Assembly: GCA_043812195.1 (NCBI GenBank)
Contig: JBDRML010000037.1
Location: 1-12,950 of the forward strand
From: Candidatus Woesearchaeota archaeon
GTDB lineage: Archaea > Nanobdellota > Nanobdellia > SCGC-AAA011-G17 > PNOQ01
Direction of reading: 5' to 3'
DNA length: 12,950 bases
Under the pieces are notes generated by a model. The model saw nothing but the letters and a program-made list of their open reading frames with translations, ran no database searches and was not told where the DNA came from. Of the stretch, positions 8,008-12,308 are shown in pieces (positions within the stretch are counted from its first letter, which is position 1; every line of letters begins with the position of its first letter). Both the position numbers and the translations under genes were made by a program.

Positions 8008-8388
8008 TCAACTTTGATATTCCACTAAAACCCTTGTTTTACTTGATTTTTCTTTATTATAATCAAAAGGATATTTATGAATGCGATATAAATTATTTTT
8101 AAAATAGATATTTGTTGATTCTAAATTAGATAATGTTGGTATATCAAAATCGCAGTTTTCTAAAACTATTTCTGTTAATGGCTTTGATGGGTAAAAATCA
8201 CTTATTATGCTTTTTCCCAATCTATGAATTTGAACTGAAAATGTAATATCTTTTGGAGATACACTAATCTGGCTTCCTTTTTCAGCAATGTCTGGTAAAT
8301 CTACTGATGAACAAATACCAAATTTTTCATTTAATTTTAACTGGCCTCTGTATAAGAGATCTCGTAGTGTGATTCTATTTTTTCTCAT
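8008..8388 (-). CDS. hypothetical protein (126 aa)
   Basis: ATG ORF with TTTATAAA (minus strand) about 30 nt upstream in 8389-8435. No family was recognised. Confidence 0.5.
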   Translation of the reverse strand: MRKNRITLRDLLYRGQLKLNEKFGICSSVDLPDIAEKGSQISVSPKDITFSVQIHRLGKSIISDFYPSKPLTEIVLENCDFDIPTLSNLESTNIYFKNNLYRIHKYPFDYNKEKSSKTRVLVEYQS

Positions 8389-8435
8389 GATTTTGAGCCG
8401 TTTAATTGAGTTTATAAAGAATTCTATTTTAATAA

Positions 8436-8708
8436 TTATAAGCCAAAAGACTCTTCAAAGATTTTCATTTCTCTTATTTTTTGAATAAATTGATGTCCTT
8501 TTTCTGTTATTGCTATGAAGTCTTTGTCTTTTACTTTTGTTCTTTGTATGAAATTTTTTTCTATTAAACCTTGTAAATAATTATTCATCTGAGTATGTGA
8601 TAAGTTTGCTTTATACATTAGATGGGTTGGTTTAATTTCTCCTTTCTTCTCTTGAATTGAGACTAGAATATCGTTAATTATGTCTAGTCTGCTTCTTTTT
8701 CTTTCCAT
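8436..8708 (-). CDS. small archaeal winged-helix regulator (COG3432/HTH_45-like, from memory)
   Basis: [11 protein letters not shown]...[30 protein letters not shown]...ITEKGHQFI matches the pattern of small archaeal wHTH regulators. Confidence 0.7.
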   Translation of the reverse strand: MERKRSRLDIINDILVSIQEKKGEIKPTHLMYKANLSHTQMNNYLQGLIEKNFIQRTKVKDKDFIAITEKGHQFIQKIREMKIFEESFGL

Positions 8709-9396
8709 GGTATAAAACTCTTATTAAGACTTGCAATAATAAAATATAACCTACTAATTGAACTACTTCAGCTATAACATAAACTAAAGGATTTAATATT
8801 ATGAACATAAAGAAAGCCTGACTAATTGCTATGATGCTAAACCCGTATGCTAAGTATTTTGTGTTTTTGTTTCCAGTTTGTGAGTAGATATTAAAGTATC
8901 TAGATGCTATGAATACAAGGAAGATTATTGATGTTATGTGGAATATGTAATATAATGTTGAACTGTATAAAGCTGATACTATTGATAATACTATAATGAA
9001 GTATATTGTTAAAAATACAGTAGGTATTTTCTGGCCTCTTTTAATACTATATAATACATAGAGGCCTGCTAGATTAGCTAGAACAAATATTAGGAAACTT
9101 GAAATTGCTAGTATGTTGAAACTTCTTACAACTTCTAGTGTTTGTATAACTGCACCTGTTGGAGTGTTAGCTTTTATTGATTCATAATATACTGTAACAT
9201 TTGTGACCATTTTGAATAAGAATGATGCTGCGATTAAATAGAATGCAAATCCTAATTTCATATAGTTTTTATTATTGTTTAATTTGTAGTATCTAGTAGC
9301 TACTGTTGCTATGCTAAAAAGTACGAGAATTGTGATTAGGTCAATGAAAATTGATACTAAATAGAACCATTTAGGACCGAATGCTATCTCTATCAT
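8674..9396 (-). CDS. polytopic integral membrane protein (about 7 hydrophobic segments), unknown function
   Basis: 240-aa ORF made of repeated long hydrophobic stretches with a Lys-rich tail. Its 3-prime end overlaps the downstream wHTH gene by 35 nt. Confidence 0.65.
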   Translation of the reverse strand: MIEIAFGPKWFYLVSIFIDLITILVLFSIATVATRYYKLNNNKNYMKLGFAFYLIAASFLFKMVTNVTVYYESIKANTPTGAVIQTLEVVRSFNILAISSFLIFVLANLAGLYVLYSIKRGQKIPTVFLTIYFIIVLSIVSALYSSTLYYIFHITSIIFLVFIASRYFNIYSQTGNKNTKYLAYGFSIIAISQAFFMFIILNPLVYVIAEVVQLVGYILLLQVLIRVLYHGKKKKQTRHN

Positions 9397-9409
9397 TAGT
9401 TAGGGGAGA

Positions 9410-9631
9410 GTGGTATCGTTTAAAAATCTTATGATTTGGAATTTAGTAAGTATTTTTCATAGGGTATTTATAAATGGCTTTTTAAGATTTAGTAAAGAGG
9501 TGATGGCAATATCAAAAAATAAAATAAGATCGATATTAAGAAGGGTCATTCCTTTAGAAGATTATGAGATTGAGTATTTTAAACATTTATTTTATAAGAG
9601 TGTTATAAGTGAGCGCTGGACTCGGAAGTGA
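9410..9631 (+). CDS. doubtful small ORF (track start is GTG; alternative ATG at 9503 gives 42 aa)
   Basis: TTTATAAA at 9467-9474 would place a transcript start near the ATG at 9503. The 3-prime end (9600-9631) resembles a cassette junction module rather than typical coding sequence. Confidence 0.2.
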   Translation: MVSFKNLMIWNLVSIFHRVFINGFLRFSKEVMAISKNKIRSILRRVIPLEDYEIEYFKHLFYKSVISERWTRK

Positions 9632-9742
9632 TTATTTTAAAATTTTATTAGTTTCTAAGTACCAAAGATATATTTTATTTTGCTGTTCAAAACCTTTAAA
9701 AAGGTCTATTTTCTAGGTTTTAAGAAGTTTATGTTATGAAAA

Positions 9743-10156
9743 ATGGTAAATGGAATTGATACAACTGCTAGTGAAGATATAAGTGTTGGTGGAAAGGATA
9801 TCACTTGTCCTAGATGTAAAGAATCTACTAATATGTTGTGGAGTGTTGATATTGAATATACTTGTAGCACGAAAAGAAGAAGAGTTTGTAAGAAGTGTAG
9901 AGATGAATTATTAGAAGAGATAGAAGAGGTTTTAGAAGTTGGTGGTGATCTTAAATCAGAAATTAAGGATCAAAAAGTTATAGAGGATATTACTTGTCCT
10001 GGTTGTGGAGAAGGAGCAACTTGTCCTTGTGTTATGCATAGTATTTCTGTGACTAAGGATTTTGAGGGCAAAAAGATGATGAAAGATTCTGATAAGTTTG
10101 TAATGTTTAAGAAAGAGGATTTTGATAAGTTTAAGGCTGATTTGTTTGGTGGTTAA
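9743..10156 (+). CDS. Cys-rich zinc-ribbon-type protein (137 aa) with duplicated DITCPxC motif
   Basis: CPRC...CKKC and CPGCGEGATCPC motifs. The stop codon lies inside a TTGGTGGTTAA motif that resembles the junction-module head. Confidence 0.7.
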   Translation: MVNGIDTTASEDISVGGKDITCPRCKESTNMLWSVDIEYTCSTKRRRVCKKCRDELLEEIEEVLEVGGDLKSEIKDQKVIEDITCPGCGEGATCPCVMHSISVTKDFEGKKMMKDSDKFVMFKKEDFDKFKADLFGG

Positions 10157-10200
10157 TCACTGTTAAATCCGCCGAGGGCGTAGCCCGAGGAACGGAGAAG
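10157..10200 (+). repeat. junction module M1 (GTTAAAT..CCGAG, mini-hairpin GGGC-GTA-GCCC at 10176-10186, tail GAACGGAGAAG at 10190-10200)
   Basis: GC-rich island in AT-rich DNA. The 11-nt tail is identical to 10564-10574. The GTTAA..CCGAG..CGTAG core aligns with M2. Confidence 0.75.
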
Positions 10201-10213
10201 TTTGAGTTTTGCC

Positions 10214-10228
10214 GATAGAATTATATAC
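10214..10228 (+). promoter_or_regulatory. BRE/TATA-like promoter of the cassette A gene
   Basis: GATAGAA followed by TTATATAC at 10221-10228. The TATA starts 29 nt upstream of the ATG at 10250, consistent with a leaderless mRNA. Confidence 0.5.
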
Positions 10229-10249
10229 TTGAATTAATTAACTTAATTC

Positions 10250-10429
10250 ATGGTAATTACACGACCTAGAATTTGGTATGTTTGTAATAAATGTGGAGAA
10301 TGGTTTTGTTATCCTAAAAACCCTCCAAAAAAATGTCCTGATTGTAAAAAAGGAGATTTAACCAAAACATGCGCTTTCTGTGGTGAAAAATTCGAGGAGT
10401 GTAAATGTTCCAAAAGAAGAATTGGATAA
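10250..10429 (+). CDS. 59-aa zinc-ribbon mini-protein (MVITRPRIWYVCNKCGEWFCYPKNPPKKCPDCKKGDLTKTCAFCGEKFEECKCSKRRIG)
   Basis: Translated by hand; it falls below the track length cutoff. Contains CxxC at C12/C15, C29/C32 and C41/C44, plus CKC. A further CxxCG..F..CKC unit continues in another frame to 10478. Confidence 0.55.
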   Translation: MVITRPRIWYVCNKCGEWFCYPKNPPKKCPDCKKGDLTKTCAFCGEKFEECKCSKRRIG

Positions 10430-10491
10430 GAAATGTCATAACTGTGGATTCTTTAAAGCAAATTGTAAATGTGAATAAGGCAAAACTCAAA

Positions 10492-10574
10492 TTGAATATA
10501 ATTGGTGTTAATTGCCCCGAGCCGTAGGCGTTAGCACTCTGTCAAGGTCGTAGTGAAAAGCGTGAACGGAGAAG
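10492..10574 (+). repeat. junction module M2 (head TTGAATATAATTGGTGTTA, CCCCGA + GCC-GTA-GGC at 10521-10529, tail GAACGGAGAAG at 10564-10574)
   Basis: The head is 17/19 identical to the M3 head. The core aligns with M1. It is GC-rich relative to its surroundings. Confidence 0.8.
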
Positions 10575-10982
10575 TTCCCACGGGCATCAAACATCTTTTC
10601 TATAGAAAGATATTTATATAATAGGATATTATTGTATTTTCATGTGGCATGGCATGTTTCATACAATCGATGAAGAGAAAGATTGGCACAGCACGTTTGA
10701 TCCGTGCACTGAAGATGAGCTTATGTGGTTGGATCGTGTTGCTCAATTATTGGGTATTGAGGAAACTCCTTCTTATAAATCAAATATACCTATTGATTGC
10801 CCTGTAACTGGTACAGTGATTTCTGCAATTGACAATTGTTTTGATCTTGCACAAGACCGTTTAGGATTTAAGAATTCGTGCCCATATGCTAAACGGGGTC
10901 TTTATGAACGCAACACCAAAGACTTGATAGGTGTTGTGTGTAGCTATAAAGGTAGAACTTGTGAAGATAATGCCCGTGGGAA
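10575..10982 (+). mobile_element. cassette B: single gene enclosed by a perfect 13-bp inverted repeat
   Basis: 10575-10587 TTCCCACGGGCAT is the exact reverse complement of 10970-10982 ATGCCCGTGGGAA. The right arm encodes the last codons of the cargo ORF. Confidence 0.5.
10602..10620 (+). promoter_or_regulatory. BRE/TATA-like promoter of the cassette B gene
   Basis: ATAGAAAGATA followed by TTTATATA at 10613-10620. The TATA starts 29 nt upstream of the ATG at 10642. An imperfect palindrome ATCTTTTCTATAGAAAGAT lies at 10592-10610. Confidence 0.5.
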
Positions 10983-10986
10983 TTGA
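10642..10986 (+). CDS. hypothetical Cys/Trp-containing protein (114 aa), no family recognised
   Basis: ATG ORF with leaderless TATA spacing. It is visibly more GC-rich than the core genes. Confidence 0.65.
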   Translation: MWHGMFHTIDEEKDWHSTFDPCTEDELMWLDRVAQLLGIEETPSYKSNIPIDCPVTGTVISAIDNCFDLAQDRLGFKNSCPYAKRGLYERNTKDLIGVVCSYKGRTCEDNARGN

Positions 10987-11045
10987 ACTTAATTGGTGTT
11001 ATACGAGGCGAGGACAAAGTCCGAGAGTGCAACGTCCCTTTAGCG
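10983..11045 (+). repeat. junction module M3 (head TTGAACTTAATTGGTGTTA, CGA + GGAC-AAA-GTCC at 11012-11022)
   Basis: The head matches M2. The CGA plus triloop hairpin sits at the equivalent position. The stem sequence differs from M1 and M2 but remains complementary. Confidence 0.75.
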
Positions 11046-11069
11046 TTTGAGAGTGTGCCGTTCATTATT

Positions 11070-12008
11070 TTAAAAAGTGGGGCGATTATACTTTACTACT
11101 TTGGCTATCATTTGTTTTAATTCTTTAGAATTAGGCCAATCTGGCAGGATATCTAAATCATGTTTAATGGAGTAAAAATCTAACCTCTTATCTAAATTTT
11201 GAAAATTAAATAGTTCTGGATAAAATTCCTGAAACCAATCTAAAAGATGAGCGTAATCCTCTTTTTTAGCGAATTTTTCAAATTCTTCGGACATATATTT
11301 TTTTGGATGCTCAACCATTTTCTTTATTACACTTAGAGTAAAATCAATAGATGACAATTCTGTTCTTTCAAAATCCAAAATTCCTACAATCTTTGTATCT
11401 TGAATCAGTATGTTATCAAAATGCACGTCCCAGTAAACTAAGGCTATTTTTTGCTCTTTTAGAACATTATGGTTGTTGTTTATAAATTTCTTGATACTTT
11501 GTATAAACTCAAATGATAGCAGTTTCTTTTGCTCAATCTTTTTCAAGGAATTTTGGATTTGGTTGAGTATCTTATCATGCCAATTATCCGAAGAATTTAC
11601 TTTAAATTTTTCTAGAAATTTATCAGATGGCGATTTGTTGATGATTATTAAAACTTTGCAGAGTTGCTTAATAATGTTTTTTCTCTTGTCATTGCTCAAC
11701 AAATGCCATTTTGAATAAAGAGTGTCACCCTTGATTTTTGGATAAATCATGAATAATTTGCCATAAGTCTTTTTGGAATTATCAAAAACTTTGATTTTAG
11801 GAGATGGAATTTTATTCTTGAAAAAATTATAAAAAAATACTTCTCTTTCAAATTTTTCTTCATTATCCTCATCTTCACAAACTTTGAGAATAAATTTATC
11901 GTTAATTGAATAAACTTTGTTTGTGAAGCCTATTTCAATTTTTTTAATATATTTTACTTCTCCTAAATTATTCTGAAGAAAAATTTGTTTTATGATTTTT
12001 TCATCCAT
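11070..12008 (-). CDS. APH/choline-kinase-family phosphotransferase (aminoglycoside phosphotransferase-like fold)
   Basis: GFTNKVY loop, ILKV lysine, VHFDNILI (HxDxxxxN catalytic loop) and ILDFE (metal-binding Asp). Family recognition is from memory. Confidence 0.85.
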   Translation of the reverse strand: MDEKIIKQIFLQNNLGEVKYIKKIEIGFTNKVYSINDKFILKVCEDEDNEEKFEREVFFYNFFKNKIPSPKIKVFDNSKKTYGKLFMIYPKIKGDTLYSKWHLLSNDKRKNIIKQLCKVLIIINKSPSDKFLEKFKVNSSDNWHDKILNQIQNSLKKIEQKKLLSFEFIQSIKKFINNNHNVLKEQKIALVYWDVHFDNILIQDTKIVGILDFERTELSSIDFTLSVIKKMVEHPKKYMSEEFEKFAKKEDYAHLLDWFQEFYPELFNFQNLDKRLDFYSIKHDLDILPDWPNSKELKQMIAKVVKYNRPTF

Positions 12009-12030
12009 AATGATTGATAAGATGTTAGGT

Positions 12031-12038
12031 TATATAAA
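12031..12038 (-). promoter_or_regulatory. TATA box of the cassette C gene
   Basis: The minus strand reads TTTATATA starting 30 nt upstream of the ATG at 12008, the same spacing seen in cassettes A and B. Confidence 0.5.
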
Positions 12039-12079
12039 TTTAGCCCCACTTTTTTGTATCGTTGAGGCACACTCTCAAA

Positions 12080-12120
12080 TGTCGTATAACGGTTGTTAGT
12101 TTCTCCAAGCTTTGCGAGGA
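12080..12120 (+). repeat. junction module M4a (diverged head TGTCGTATAACGGTTGTTA, tail GCGAGGA)
   Basis: It follows right arm C in the same way that M2 and M3 follow their arms. The head matches the M2 head at 11/19, including TATAA and TGTTA. Confidence 0.55.
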
Positions 12121-12159
12121 TTGATTTTTAGTGTAACGATGCCGAAGGCAAAAAATCAA
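12121..12159. repeat. cargo-less arm pair (empty hairpin) related to the cassette A arms
   Basis: TTGATTTTT at 12121-12129 pairs with AAAAATCAA at 12151-12159. TGCC at 12140-12143 pairs with GGCA at 12147-12150 around a GAA triloop. A 10-nt bulge AGTGTAACGA sits between the two stems. GGCAAAAAATCAAA resembles right arm A, GGCAAAACTCAAA. Confidence 0.6.
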
Positions 12160-12161
12160 AG

Positions 12162-12176
12162 TTTGAGAGCCCGAGC
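12162..12176 (+). repeat. candidate left arm of cassette D (TTTGAGAGCCCGAGC); partner expected beyond window end
   Basis: It shares GTTTGAGAG with the verified left arm of cassette C and sits in the equivalent position. No partner can be seen in the window. Confidence 0.35.
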
Positions 12177-12189
12177 TTCTTATAAGTAC

Positions 12190-12202
12190 TCTGCGAAGCA
12201 GA
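12190..12202. other. GAA-triloop mini-hairpin TCTGC-GAA-GCAGA
   Basis: 5-bp perfect stem, GAA loop, C-G closing pair. It is the same type as the hairpins in the junction modules. Confidence 0.5.
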
Positions 12203-12256
12203 CAATATTTTAGGGGTGCCCGCCGTTTTAGTTCTTAATCTGAAAGTAGTAACACA

Positions 12257-12273
12257 ATAGAAAGATTTATAAA
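12257..12273 (+). promoter_or_regulatory. BRE/TATA-like promoter of the last gene
   Basis: ATAGAAAGA followed by TTTATAAA at 12266-12273, 43 nt upstream of the ATG at 12309. It is nearly identical to the cassette B promoter. Confidence 0.45.
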
Positions 12274-12308
12274 GTTTAACCTACAACTAAATATATTGGG
12301 TAATCAAA

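Larger units (their letters stand above)
10201..10491 (+). mobile_element. cassette A: single gene enclosed by a perfect 13-bp inverted repeat (putative recombination or mobile unit)
   Basis: 10201-10213 TTTGAGTTTTGCC is the exact reverse complement of 10479-10491 GGCAAAACTCAAA. The interior holds a TATA box plus a mini zinc-ribbon ORF. Confidence 0.5.
11046..12079 (-). mobile_element. cassette C: kinase-like gene on the opposite strand enclosed by nested perfect inverted repeats (14 bp outer, 12 bp inner)
   Basis: 11046-11059 TTTGAGAGTGTGCC pairs with 12066-12079 GGCACACTCTCAAA. 11072-11083 AAAAAGTGGGGC pairs with 12043-12054 GCCCCACTTTTT. Confidence 0.5.

Noticed and set aside
5841-8488. 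Track ORFs 5841-6023(+), 7690-7881(+) and 8288-8488(+)
   Set aside because: They are antisense to or overlapping the FabH-like, ftsZ and 8008-8388 genes. They are short, lack promoter or RBS context, and have shadow-frame composition.
10171-10510. Split or intron-containing tRNA/rRNA (GC-rich complementary leaders as in Nanoarchaeum split tRNAs; bulge-helix-bulge introns carrying ORFs)
   Set aside because: The sequences flanking the arms lack tRNA features: no GTTCRAATC T-arm and no D-arm pattern. They are repeated module copies rather than consecutive parts of a single RNA. The helices are perfect, without the 3-nt bulges of a BHB motif.
11046-12079. Invertible promoter or phase-variation switch
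   Set aside because: The promoter and the complete gene both lie inside the inverted repeats, so inversion would not switch expression on or off. Inversion remains possible, but not as a classical switch.
10157-12161. Canonical integron attC sites
   Set aside because: Conserved GTTA and GTT motifs exist, but the expected inverted R''(RYYYAAC)/R'(GTTRRRY) pair is absent within a module. GTTAATT, GTTATAC, GTTTGAG and GTTCCCA all violate RRRY. The long complementary arms lie on the cassette side of the GTT rather than inside the site. The cargo genes carry their own promoters, one cassette is inverted, and no intI is visible. I keep this only as an analogy. An attC covariance-model search would settle it.
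10214-12273. ATAGAA + TATA promoter motif as a cassette-specific signal
   Set aside because: A similar GATAGA..TATAAA arrangement occurs in the lig/nitroreductase intergenic region (4651-4662). It therefore looks like the general BRE/TATA signal of this organism rather than a feature of the cassettes.
10157-12300. CRISPR array
   Set aside because: The repeated elements are long (41-83 nt), variable in length and only partly conserved. The segments between them are 290-1030 bp, contain promoters and ORFs, and are bracketed by inverted repeats. There is no regular 25-40 nt repeat/spacer periodicity and no cas genes in view.
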